Source: a bacterium
GTDB taxonomy: Bacteria > RBG-13-61-14 > DATKZS01
DNA length: 64,000 nucleotides
Direction: 5' to 3'
NCBI GenBank assembly: GCA_963674965.2
Contig: CAXXFL010000005.1
Coordinates: 544,001-608,000, forward strand
Position numbers and translations under genes: made by a program. Every line of letters starts with the position of its first letter. The stretch's first letter is position 1. Shown here piece after piece: positions 1-9,068 of the stretch. The notes under the pieces are model-generated. The model did not search any database. It saw nothing but the letters and a program-made list of their open reading frames with translations, and was not told where the DNA came from.

Positions 1-93
1 AGGGCGGCGTAAAATGGGCGGCATACGCGCGGATAACCCGGCGTGATCGCGAGAATAAACGGCTTTTCTTCATCTTGCGAAACGGAGCATTTC

Positions 94-122
94 TTGACAC
101 TTTCGGGGCGCTCTGGCATAAT
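94..122 (+). promoter_or_regulatory. sigma70-type promoter (TTGACA-N17-CATAAT)
   Basis: TTGACA at 94-99, 17-nt spacer, TGnCATAAT at 117-122, upstream of the Fe-S oxidoreductase. Confidence 0.65.
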
Positions 123-226
123 TTCATAGTTCGGGGACCGTCTCTTTCAACCCGCTCCGGCGGTTGAAACGGTTCAGTGGTAGTCGTCGAGCGGTTCCAA
201 CAGCATCTTTCAAGGAGGGAAGTATA

Positions 227-2281
227 ATGTCCTTAATGCCGGGAAGCGGTCTGTTTTTCGCGGTGCTCGAGATAGTATTGAGCGCGGCGGCGATCATCAT
301 TTTTTTCCGACTGGTTTACGAGCGGATCATCAAGCTCTTGTCGCAGGGCCAGTCCGAGATCAGGTGGGACAACCTGGCCGACCGGGTCAAGGCCGTCGTT
401 GTAAACGTGCTCGGTCAGAACAAGCTCCTTCTTCGCAATCCGGCCGGCATAGTCCACTTCTTCATTTTCTGGGGATTCATGCTGCTCGGGCTTACCATCG
501 CCAACTTCCTTTTGGACGGGCTGTGGCACATGCATCTTCCCTTTACCAAGGGTTACTTCTGGTACCACTTCGTAATGGACACCTTTATACTTCTGGTCCT
601 TCTCGCCATGGGCTGGGCCCTTTACCGCAGGCTGGTTTTGAAGCCCAAGGAGATGGAGCTCTCGGGCCAGGCCATCATGATCCTCAGCCTTATCAGCGCC
701 ATGATGATCACGGACCTGATGATCTCGGGCGCGGAGATTCTCAAAGGCGAGGCCATGCCGGGCGGCTACATGAGCGCCCTGGCCGCGGGCGTCTGGTCGG
801 CCCTGGGCGTGGGCAAGGAAGGCGCCAAGTACGCCTACGCCGTTTCCTGGTGGCTCCACTTCTTCGTGTTCTTCGGCTTCCTCAACTTCCTGCCGCTCTC
901 GAAGCACCAGCACATCATGACGGCGCCCTTCAACGTGTTCTTCTCGAGTCTCCAGCCGAAGGGGCGGGTTCAGTACATCCCCGGCCTGGAGGAGCGCGAG
1001 ACCTGGGGCGTTAACACCATTCCCGAGTTCACCTGGAAGCAACTTCTGGACGGCGTCACCTGCCAGGAATGCGGCCGGTGCGAGCTGGTGTGCCCGGCCA
1101 ACTTCACGGGCAAGCCCCTCTCCCCCAAGAAGCTCCATCTCGACATCAAGCACCTCATGCTGGAGGAAGGCTATCTCGAGGCAGGCGCGGATCGCAAGGC
1201 CGTGATCGGCGAGGGCGAGAACCAGATTACGAAGGACGAGCTTTGGGCCTGCACCAACTGTGGGGCCTGCGTTTACGAGTGCCCGGTCATGAACGAGCAC
1301 ATCCAGAAGATCATCGACCTTCGCCGCTACCTCACCCTGATGGAGGGCGACCTTCCCAGCGAGGGCCAGGTGGCGCTTCAGAACATGGAAAAGAACTCGA
1401 ACCCCTGGGGCGTCGGCTTCGACAAAAGGGCCGAGTGGGCCGAGGGCCTGGACGTGCCCGTTTACGGCGCGGGCGTGGACGAGGACGTGGAGTACTGCTT
1501 CTACGTGGGATGCGCCGGGGCCTTCGACGACCGCAACAAGAAGATCGCCCGGGGCATGGCCAAGATACTGAAGGCGGCGGGCGTCAAGTTCGCCATCCTG
1601 GGGCAAGAGGAGCAGTGCTGCGGCGACTCGGCCAGGCGTCTTGGCAACGAATACCTTTACCAGATACTGGCCACCACCAACATGCAGGCCATGTACACCT
1701 ACGGGGTGAAGAAGATCGTGACCTGCTGCCCCCACGGCTTCAACACCATCAAGAACGAGTACCCGCAGTTCGAGCAGGTGACCCGCGACGCCATGGAGGA
1801 CCCGGAGTTCAAGTGGAACGTCGAGGTCAAGCACTCCACCGAGCTGATCTGGGAGCTCATCCAGTCCGGCCGGCTCCAGATACCCAAGACCCTGGACATG
1901 ACCGTGACCCTGCACGACTCCTGCTTCCTGGGAAGGCACAACGATATCTACGACGCGCCCCGCAATATTCTCAGCGCCCTGGGCGTGACCCTTCGCGAGA
2001 TGGAGCGCCGCGAGGGAAGAAGCTTCTGCTGCGGCGCGGGCGGCGGCCGGATGTGGCTCGAGGAGCATCACGGGCACGAGAAGATTTTCATCGAGCGCTC
2101 CCGCGAGGCCGTGAACACGGGGGTCAAGGAAGTGGCGGTGGCCTGCCCCTTCTGCCTCACCATGTTCGAGGACGGCATCAAGAACCTCGAGAAGGACGAG
2201 GAAGTCAAGACCTACGACCTGGTCGAGCTGGTGGCCATGGCCATCGAGGGCGCGGCCGCCAAGGGAGAGGAAGCGGCCTGA
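227..2281 (+). CDS. Membrane-bound Fe-S oxidoreductase (FadF/HdrD-like: TM domain, 4Fe-4S dicluster, two CCG domains)
   Basis: N-terminal TM helices; CQECGRCELVCP and CTNCGACVYECP motifs; CCG motifs (QCCG, FCCGAGGG); AGGAGG RBS before ATG 227. Confidence 0.88.
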   Translation: MSLMPGSGLFFAVLEIVLSAAAIIIFFRLVYERIIKLLSQGQSEIRWDNLADRVKAVVVNVLGQNKLLLRNPAGIVHFFIFWGFMLLGLTIANFLLDGLWHMHLPFTKGYFWYHFVMDTFILLVLLAMGWALYRRLVLKPKEMELSGQAIMILSLISAMMITDLMISGAEILKGEAMPGGYMSALAAGVWSALGVGKEGAKYAYAVSWWLHFFVFFGFLNFLPLSKHQHIMTAPFNVFFSSLQPKGRVQYIPGLEERETWGVNTIPEFTWKQLLDGVTCQECGRCELVCPANFTGKPLSPKKLHLDIKHLMLEEGYLEAGADRKAVIGEGENQITKDELWACTNCGACVYECPVMNEHIQKIIDLRRYLTLMEGDLPSEGQVALQNMEKNSNPWGVGFDKRAEWAEGLDVPVYGAGVDEDVEYCFYVGCAGAFDDRNKKIARGMAKILKAAGVKFAILGQEEQCCGDSARRLGNEYLYQILATTNMQAMYTYGVKKIVTCCPHGFNTIKNEYPQFEQVTRDAMEDPEFKWNVEVKHSTELIWELIQSGRLQIPKTLDMTVTLHDSCFLGRHNDIYDAPRNILSALGVTLREMERREGRSFCCGAGGGRMWLEEHHGHEKIFIERSREAVNTGVKEVAVACPFCLTMFEDGIKNLEKDEEVKTYDLVELVAMAIEGAAAKGEEAA

Positions 2282-2296
2282 GTCAAAAAGAATTAA

Positions 2297-2336
2297 GCCA
2301 AAAGGGACGTCTCGATGGGGCGTCCCTTTTTTTGGC
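2297..2336 (+). terminator. Intrinsic terminator
   Basis: AAAAGGGACGTC...GGCGTCCCTTTTTTT hairpin with U-tract just after the stop codon. Confidence 0.8.
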
Positions 2337-2366
2337 CGCCCCGGCGGCGGCGGCGAGGGGGCATAG

Positions 2367-3341
2367 GTGATTCCCCATGACGTAAAAAGAGTGGTGGTTT
2401 TTCACGCCGGCGCGCTTGGCGACCTGGTGAACACCCTGCCCTCGATCGTCGCCCTTCGCTCGCTTTTCGGCGAGGCCCGCTTCACCATGGTGGGCAACGC
2501 GACGTTTTCGGGGTTGTTCCGGGACCTGGGGGTAATCGATGAGGTCCGACCGCTCGAGGCCCCCGGCATGCACGAGCTTTTCGGCGAGGGCCCGGCCAAG
2601 GGTCCCGCGGCCGAGTTCGTTTTGTCCTTCGACCTGGCCGTGACCTGGATCAGGTCGCCCGCCCTGCTCGAGAACCTGATCAACCTCGGCCTTCCCACCT
2701 CGGCTCCCCGGGCCGAGTTCCCGCCTCCCCCCGGATCGCGCCACGCCACCGAGTACATGTCCGAGCCGGCCCTGGCCCTCGGGGCCAGGATCGCGGACTG
2801 GCGGCCCAGGCTCGAGATCGGCCGAGCGAAAATCAAAGGGGCGCCCGAGTTCCCGGGCGTCATCATCCATCCCGGCAGCGGATCGGAGCGCAAGAACTGG
2901 CCCGCGGAAAGGTTCGCCGAGGCGGCCGCGGCCCTCAAGGAAAGGACGGGACTCGAGACGGCCCTCCTCGAGGGACCGGCCGATCGAAAGGCGGTCCAGG
3001 AGGTCATCGCCGCCGGCAAGGGCCGGGAGGCCAAGGTCTTCAGGGACCTTGGCGCGTTGGAGTTGGCGGGCCTTCTTTCCTCGGCCCGGCTGGTGGTGGG
3101 AAACGACTCGGGGGTTTGCCATTTGGCCGGCGCGTTGGGCACGCCGGTCGTGGCCGTGTTCGGTCCCACCGACCCCGGCGTCTGGGGCGTAAGGCAGGAC
3201 AACGCCGTGAACCTTTCTCCCCACGCGGACTGCGCTCCCTGCCCGCGGGAGGTCATGCTGGCCTGCAAGGATGAGGATTGCCTTAAAAGCGTGATGACGA
3301 GGGAGGTCGTTTTCGCGGGGTCAAGGCTTTTGGGCGCGTAG
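2367..3341 (+). CDS. Glycosyltransferase family 9 (LPS heptosyltransferase-like)
   Basis: GALGDLV, HPGSGSERKNWP and GNDSGVCHLA...VFGPT motifs. Confidence 0.88.
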   Translation: MIPHDVKRVVVFHAGALGDLVNTLPSIVALRSLFGEARFTMVGNATFSGLFRDLGVIDEVRPLEAPGMHELFGEGPAKGPAAEFVLSFDLAVTWIRSPALLENLINLGLPTSAPRAEFPPPPGSRHATEYMSEPALALGARIADWRPRLEIGRAKIKGAPEFPGVIIHPGSGSERKNWPAERFAEAAAALKERTGLETALLEGPADRKAVQEVIAAGKGREAKVFRDLGALELAGLLSSARLVVGNDSGVCHLAGALGTPVVAVFGPTDPGVWGVRQDNAVNLSPHADCAPCPREVMLACKDEDCLKSVMTREVVFAGSRLLGA

Positions 3342-3353
3342 GATTCGAGGCCG

Positions 3354-4769
3354 TCAATACTCCGAGGCGTCCTCAGACTCCTCCTCGCTCGCGGGGGACA
3401 CCCGCTTCTTCCACTTAACGAAGGTCTTTTCCGTTTTGCGCGTCCAGCTTGAAAGGGCCGACTCGTCGGCCTCGGCCGGGTAATCCATGTAGGCCTCGAG
3501 GGCGCGAAGCGGGCCGCGCGACAATCCGGCCAGCCTGGCCACCAGCCCTGGCCTTTGCATGAGCCGCCTGCCCGCCGACAGGACCGAGCTTAGGGGAAGC
3601 TCGAGGGGCATGCACTCGAGGGCCCCTTTTACCGCCTCGCCCGTGATCAGTCCGGCCCCGAACACGCGGCTCATCTCGTCGGGCGTCAGGGTAAGGGCGA
3701 AGCGCCTGAACAGCTCGGAGTTGGCCTGGGCCGCTCCTCTTGACCGCATGTACCTTACGTTGTAATCCCAAAGGGACTCGCGCGTGGCCTGGCCCCCGCC
3801 CGAGAGGGCCCCGGCCGCCACCTCGCCCAGTATCTTGCCCGCCAGAAGCGCCGAGGCCACTCCCGAGGCGTGCATGGGTATGGCCTGGCAGGCCGCGTCG
3901 CCCACCAGGGCCAGGCCGTCGGCCACGAAGGAATCCAAGGGCCGCCGCACCGGCGTCATGCCCCCGCCGCCCTCGATGAAGTCCCCTATCCAGTGGTGGG
4001 ACTGGACGTAGTTCTCGACCATTTCCCGGGCCGAGCGGACCCCGGCCTCCCGGGCCACTCCCGCCGTCACGATGACGGCGTCGGCGTCGAGGTCCACGTA
4101 GATGGAGAAAAGGGAGTAGGGTCCCATGAAGCCGAAGCGGCAGACGTTGACCTGGGGCCTTATCCTGTTGCGCTCGAGCAGGTCCATGATCAAGTCCCGC
4201 TCGACCGCGCAGGTGGCCTGCCACAGGTCGCAGACGTCGCGGGGATCGATCTGGCGCTCGACGCCCATGCCGTCGTCCAGGCCGTGGCGGAGCACGCCGT
4301 GGATGCCGCTGGCGTCGATGGTAAGGGGGGCGAAAAGCTCGAGCAGCCTGCCGTCGGCGCTCGATCCCACCACCCCCGTGACCTTGCCGGACTGGATGGC
4401 CGGGCCCGAGACGGTGGTCTCGAACATGAACCTGGCCCCGGCGCGCTGGGCGGCCTCGACCAGGGCGGTCATGTACTCGCGCATTCTGAAGCTGATGATG
4501 GGCAGGTCCCGGACCCGGAGCTTGTGCTTGCCGTCGGGGGAAATGATCTCGGTGGACATGGCGGGCTCGCGTCGCACCGGCGGCTTGGGCTCGGTCAGGC
4601 CCGTCTCGGAAAACACGCTCCGCTCGACGGCCACGCGGATGGGACGCCCCACCCGCTCGAAGGGCTTGCGCTCGAGCACGAGCACGTCGAGACCCTTCCG
4701 GGCCAGGATGGCCGCCGCCATCACGCCTCCTGGTCCCGCTCCGGTAATTATTACGTCAGCGTCGGCCAT
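3354..4769 (-). CDS. FAD-dependent oxidoreductase, geranylgeranyl reductase-like family
   Basis: GAGPGG Rossmann motif, IDASG, LVGDAACQ..P.HASGV motif; ATG 4769 with GAGGGGG RBS. Confidence 0.78.
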   Translation of the reverse strand: MADADVIITGAGPGGVMAAAILARKGLDVLVLERKPFERVGRPIRVAVERSVFSETGLTEPKPPVRREPAMSTEIISPDGKHKLRVRDLPIISFRMREYMTALVEAAQRAGARFMFETTVSGPAIQSGKVTGVVGSSADGRLLELFAPLTIDASGIHGVLRHGLDDGMGVERQIDPRDVCDLWQATCAVERDLIMDLLERNRIRPQVNVCRFGFMGPYSLFSIYVDLDADAVIVTAGVAREAGVRSAREMVENYVQSHHWIGDFIEGGGGMTPVRRPLDSFVADGLALVGDAACQAIPMHASGVASALLAGKILGEVAAGALSGGGQATRESLWDYNVRYMRSRGAAQANSELFRRFALTLTPDEMSRVFGAGLITGEAVKGALECMPLELPLSSVLSAGRRLMQRPGLVARLAGLSRGPLRALEAYMDYPAEADESALSSWTRKTEKTFVKWKKRVSPASEEESEDASEY

Positions 4770-4900
4770 AAGCCCCCTCAAGTAGGACGCGATCGAACCT
4801 GGGTCCTCGGGCCTCGGCGCAAGACCTCGCCCGGCGGACCGCGTTCGATTGTAGCACTATAATTCCGCGGGGCAAAAAAGGCGGAAAGGCAGGCGCCCGT

Positions 4901-6586
4901 CTAGAAGCCGAGGGAGGCCCAGGCTTCGGCCTGGCGGTCGTTATCCTCGAACAGGGCCTTCTCGACCGCCTCGAGGAGGGGCCGCAGGGTCTTCCTGTCA
5001 AGGGCCGATACGGCCACCGAGCCGGGCCGGAGGGAAAGGCGGAGGTTGCGCTCGAAAGGCTCGATCTTGTCCACCTTGTTGAAGGCGAGCACGCGGGGAA
5101 CGCCGATCAGCTCGAGGTCCTCGAGTATGCGCTCGACCGCCTTGACCTGGCCCTCCCAGGAAGGGTCCGAGGCGTCGACCACGTGGATGAAAAGGTCGGC
5201 GTCCTCGAGTTCCTCGAGGGTGGCCCGGAAGGCCTCGTAAAGGTCGCGGGGAAGCTCGTGGATGAAGCCCACCGTGTCGGTGACGATGATCTCCCGCTCG
5301 CGGGGAAAGCGAAGGCGACGGCTGGTGGGATCGAGGGTGGCGAAAAGCTTGTCCTCCACGTCCACCGCCCCGTCCGTGAGCTGGTTAAGAAGCGTGGACT
5401 TGCCCGCGTTCGTGTAACCCACGATCGAGACCACCGGCACGCCCCGCGACACGCGGCGCTCCCGTTTCTGGACCCGGGTGCGGCGCATGTTCTCGAGGTC
5501 CTTCTCGAGGCGGCCGATCCGCTCGCGCACCCGGCGGCGGTCGATCTCGAGCTTGGTCTCGCCCGGTCCCCTCCCCCCGATGCCGCCCATGAGGCGGGAC
5601 ATGTCCACGCCCCGGCCCACCAGACGGGGAAGGTTGTAGCGAAGCTGGGCCAGCTCGACCTGAATCTTGCCCTCCCTGGTCTTGGCCCGCTGGGCGAAGA
5701 TGTCCAGGATGAGCTGGCTTCGGTCGATGACCTTAAGCTCGGTGATCTTCTGCAGGGAATTCACCTGGGCCGGCGTCAACTCGCGGTCGAAGATGAGGGT
5801 CACGGCCCCGAGCTGCATGGCCTTCATTACCAGCTCCCTGATCTTGCCCGGGCCGATCACCGTGCGCGGGTGAATCTTTTGGCGCCTTTGCGCCATCTCG
5901 GCCAGCACGTCGACGCCGGCGCTTCGGGCCAACTCCCTGAGCTCGGCCAGTCCGTCGATGCCGTTCTCGGCGCTTGCGTCCTTTTCGCCGGCAAGGACTA
6001 TGCCGGTCAGGATGACGCCCTCCTTGCCCTTTCCTTTGAGGGGGGGACGGGAACGGGCGAACTCCTCCTCCAGGGAACGCATGAGATCGAGGAAGTCGAT
6101 ATCCAGCCTGCCGGGCGCGAAAGGAGGATATGTCTCGACCGTCTTGCCCTCGGGGTTCTCGGGCAGAAGGTGAGCCAAAAAGGACGGGCCGGGAAAGCCC
6201 TCTTCATCCACCGCCACGGCCAGGACCAGGTCGAAGCGGAGCAGGATAAGGTCGGTCAGGTCGTCGTCGTTCAATGGCTCTTGGGCCAGATGGGTGTGAA
6301 GATATCTAAGGCCGCGAAAGCGGGAGGCGTCTCCCCGACTTCGGCCCAGGTCTGGCAGCATGATCGAGCCCGCGTCTCCCACCATGACCCGCTCGACCTG
6401 GCCCCGACGGTTGACCAGTACGCCGATCTGGCGGCCGACCGAGCTGGACAGGCCGCAAAGCTCGCGGCTGAACTCCTGGGTGGTTATCTCGCCCGGGGGC
6501 AGGCGTCTTCGGAGGAGGCGGGATATCTCGTCTTTCTTCTGCTTGCCAAGGCCCTTTAAGTTCCCGTGTATTTTGTCCTGACTCAT
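4901..6586 (-). CDS. hflX: GTPase HflX (long form)
   Basis: [27 protein letters not shown] and [12 protein letters not shown] motifs. Confidence 0.95.
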   Translation of the reverse strand: MSQDKIHGNLKGLGKQKKDEISRLLRRRLPPGEITTQEFSRELCGLSSSVGRQIGVLVNRRGQVERVMVGDAGSIMLPDLGRSRGDASRFRGLRYLHTHLAQEPLNDDDLTDLILLRFDLVLAVAVDEEGFPGPSFLAHLLPENPEGKTVETYPPFAPGRLDIDFLDLMRSLEEEFARSRPPLKGKGKEGVILTGIVLAGEKDASAENGIDGLAELRELARSAGVDVLAEMAQRRQKIHPRTVIGPGKIRELVMKAMQLGAVTLIFDRELTPAQVNSLQKITELKVIDRSQLILDIFAQRAKTREGKIQVELAQLRYNLPRLVGRGVDMSRLMGGIGGRGPGETKLEIDRRRVRERIGRLEKDLENMRRTRVQKRERRVSRGVPVVSIVGYTNAGKSTLLNQLTDGAVDVEDKLFATLDPTSRRLRFPREREIIVTDTVGFIHELPRDLYEAFRATLEELEDADLFIHVVDASDPSWEGQVKAVERILEDLELIGVPRVLAFNKVDKIEPFERNLRLSLRPGSVAVSALDRKTLRPLLEAVEKALFEDNDRQAEAWASLGF

Positions 6587-6616
6587 GGATTATATCGGAC
6601 CGCCTCCAGACGGCGG

Positions 6617-6646
6617 CAAAGAAAAAACCGTCCCCCCCGGGACGGC
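6617..6646 (-). terminator. Intrinsic terminator after tRNA-Gly
   Basis: Minus strand CCGTCCC-GGG-GGGACGG followed by TTTTTTCTTT. Confidence 0.7.
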
Positions 6647-6657
6647 AAACTTGAAGA

Positions 6658-6732
<75 letters not shown>

Positions 6733-6820
6733 TTTATGTGATCTCACGTCTACTAGATTACTAAAAAGGGCCGCGATGTCAAGAGCAAAAGCGCTTGAAG
6801 TTACCCCGTTTTTAAAAATT

Positions 6821-6985
6821 GGGATGTACGGCTCGTGGCGGTCTGTAAATAAATCAAAGGCCAAGCCCGAAGGGCTTTGTACCCCATCCTTTCCGTAGGC
6901 TGGCGCCTACGGCAGACCGAAGGTCCCGTCTGCATCCGGGAACCCCTCGGGTTGGAACCGGACTTTGGTGTATCGCGTGTCAACT
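6821..6985. other. Multi-hairpin structured non-coding element of unknown type
   Basis: Consecutive stems AAGCCC-GAA-GGGCTT, CCGTAGGC-TGGC-GCCTACGG, GCAGAC...GTCTGC and TCCGG...CCGGA. Confidence 0.45.
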
Positions 6986-7096
6986 ACAAACTCAAAGACT
7001 TGCTTTCAAAGGGACAAGCGCCATTATAGGAGCATAATACATTGATATTAATGGAATATCTTCTGAGAGAAAGATTTTATTCTACCACTTGCCAAC

Positions 7097-7194
7097 TAAA
7101 GGGAAACGAGATACCCTTTAATAACGCTCAAGCTGATTAAAGTATTTGCCACTTTCCTTTAATTACGCTGGGGCTAATTAAATCTCCTTTAATA
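7097..7194 (+). promoter_or_regulatory. Tandem palindromic operator-like repeats upstream of fic
   Basis: CCTTTAATWACGCT-N3-GCT-N-ATTAAA at 7115 and 7156, partial copy at 7186, and TAAAGGG...CCCTTTA at 7097-7120. Confidence 0.55.
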
Positions 7195-7206
7195 AGGACG
7201 AATGGC

Positions 7207-8379
7207 ATGAAGAGAGGACTTACTGGAAAATATGAAACCGTAAGCACGGCCGGGGACAAACCTTGCGAGGCTTTTATTCCAAATCCTCTGCCGCCGAACC
7301 CGCCTGTTGATGTAGATTCAAATCTCCAGAAACTGATGGACCATGCTCTTTTGGCTTTGGGACGGCTCGATAGCATAACTACCTTGCTGCCCGACCCTTC
7401 CCTATTCCTTTACACGTACGTTAGAAAGGAAGCCGTCTTGTCATCCCAGATCGAGGGCACTCAATCATCCCTTTCCGATCTGCTCCTATATGAGAGCGGC
7501 GCCGCGCCGGGAGTCCCTCTAACCGATACTCTGGAGGTTTCCAATTATGTGGCGGCAATGTATTATGCTCTTGATAGGATGTTCAAGGATCAGTTCCCTT
7601 TATCCTCAAGACTGCTTTGTGAAATTCACGGGGTCCTGCTTGCCAAAGGACGAGGCAGCGAAATGAATCCCGGCAAATTCAGAAAGCACCAGAACTGGGT
7701 TGGAGGAGATAATTGCCAAAACGCCGTATACGTCCCTCCTCCGTGGCAAAAGGTCCGTGATCTGATCGGCGACCTGGAAAACTTCTTACATGATGAAAAA
7801 CTGGGCTATAACATGCTCATCAAGGCCGCGCTTGCCCATGTTCAGTTTGAGACCATTCACCCTTTTCATGACGGCAATGGAAGACTCGGCAGGCTAATGA
7901 TAATGCTCATCCTGATGAAGGAAGGGGCCATGGGCGCGCGTATGCTCTACCTCAGCCTCTACTTTAAAAGTAAACGCCGGCAATATTATGACCTCCTCCA
8001 GAAAGTGCGGCTGGAAGGCGCCTGGGAGGAGTGGCTCATCTTCTTCATGATCGGGGTTTGGGAAACGTCTGACCAAGCCGTACAAACCGCGAAAAAGTCG
8101 GTGTCAATCTTCAACGAGGACGCCGAAAAAATAAAAGTCCTTGGCAAACCGGCGGGCTCGGCGCTCCGGGTCCATGACGCCATGCAGAAAAATCCCGTCA
8201 TGGCCATTGCCAAAGGAGTTGAACTCACCGGCCTATCGTTTCCCACCGTCAAAAAATCCATCGACCATCTAATAAAACTTGGGATAGCCCATGAGATAAC
8301 CGGGAAGCAAACCAAACGGCTCTACTCATATCATAAGTACATCCAACTGCTGAGTGAAGGGACGGAACCTATAATTTGA
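7207..8379 (+). CDS. Fic family protein (N-terminal inhibitory motif, C-terminal wHTH)
   Basis: HPFHDGNGRLGR catalytic motif; SSQIEG inhibitory motif; lower GC than flanks. Confidence 0.93.
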   Translation: MKRGLTGKYETVSTAGDKPCEAFIPNPLPPNPPVDVDSNLQKLMDHALLALGRLDSITTLLPDPSLFLYTYVRKEAVLSSQIEGTQSSLSDLLLYESGAAPGVPLTDTLEVSNYVAAMYYALDRMFKDQFPLSSRLLCEIHGVLLAKGRGSEMNPGKFRKHQNWVGGDNCQNAVYVPPPWQKVRDLIGDLENFLHDEKLGYNMLIKAALAHVQFETIHPFHDGNGRLGRLMIMLILMKEGAMGARMLYLSLYFKSKRRQYYDLLQKVRLEGAWEEWLIFFMIGVWETSDQAVQTAKKSVSIFNEDAEKIKVLGKPAGSALRVHDAMQKNPVMAIAKGVELTGLSFPTVKKSIDHLIKLGIAHEITGKQTKRLYSYHKYIQLLSEGTEPII

Positions 8380-8560
8380 TTGGTATTGAATTGGTACTAT
8401 AAGGGCAAACGTCACTAACGTAAATCATTGCAATCTCCGATTCTAACCCCCGGAAGATTGAGCATTAAGCGGAAGGCGGCCAGGCATGAAGCTTCGAGTC
8501 AATCCCGGCCTTTATGGCCTTGGGGGCCCGGCGCGCGCGATATAGATATCCACGAGGCCC

Positions 8561-8596
8561 TAAAAAACCCAAGCCGCCCCCATCCGGAGGCGGCTT
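8561..8596 (-). terminator. Intrinsic terminator after tRNA-Val/Asp
   Basis: Minus strand AAGCCGCC...GGCGGCTT then GGGTTTTTT. Confidence 0.6.
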
Positions 8597-8629
8597 AGAA
8601 AAATAACTCAACGTTATCAAGTATTTATA

Positions 8630-8707
8630 TGGCGGGGCCGACGGGAGTTGAACCCGCGACCTCTGGCTTGACAGGCCAGCGTTCTAACCAGGCTGAACTA
8701 CGACCCC
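8630..8707 (-). tRNA. tRNA-Asp(GTC)
   Basis: Minus strand GGGGTCG...CTGGC-CT-GTC-AA-GCCAG...GGTTCAACTCC...CGGCCCC-G-CCA. Confidence 0.96.
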
Positions 8708-8765
8708 CTAATGCAATCCCTTATAGGGTATACCGCATTCTAAAGCGACAAGCGGGATTTCCGAA

Positions 8766-8841
8766 TGGTGGGCGAGACAGGACTTGAACCTGCGACATCC
8801 GGCTTGTAAGGCCGACGCTCTCCCAACTGAGCTACCCGCCC
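8766..8841 (-). tRNA. tRNA-Val(TAC)
   Basis: Minus strand GGGCGGG...TCGGC-CT-TAC-AA-GCCGG...GGTTCAAGTCC...CTCGCCC-A-CCA. Confidence 0.96.
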
Positions 8842-8856
8842 TCGCCTAAGGGAATT

Positions 8857-8884
8857 ATTATAACCGGACTTCCGGCAAAGTCAA
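8857..8884 (-). promoter_or_regulatory. sigma70 promoter of the tRNA-Val/Asp operon
   Basis: Minus strand TTGACT-N16-TATAAT about 15 nt upstream of tRNA-Val. Confidence 0.7.
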
Positions 8885-9068
8885 TTCCCTATCCGCCGCG
8901 CGAAAGGGGACTCATAAAAAAAACTCGATCATCTCCGGGGTTTAAAAAAAACCGCCGCTGATGTTAGAATCGAAACCACGGATGAGATTGTCGACTCAAG
9001 CCATCCAGGCGCCCGGCGACACAATCGAGCGGCCCGGGCCCTTGCCGGTATAAAAGGGAGGTGCTTTA

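Noticed and set aside
6979-7000. GTCAACTAC as an IS200/IS605 (HEARO/omegaRNA) end
   Set aside because: The expected following hairpin is absent and there is no iscB, tnpB or tnpA nearby.
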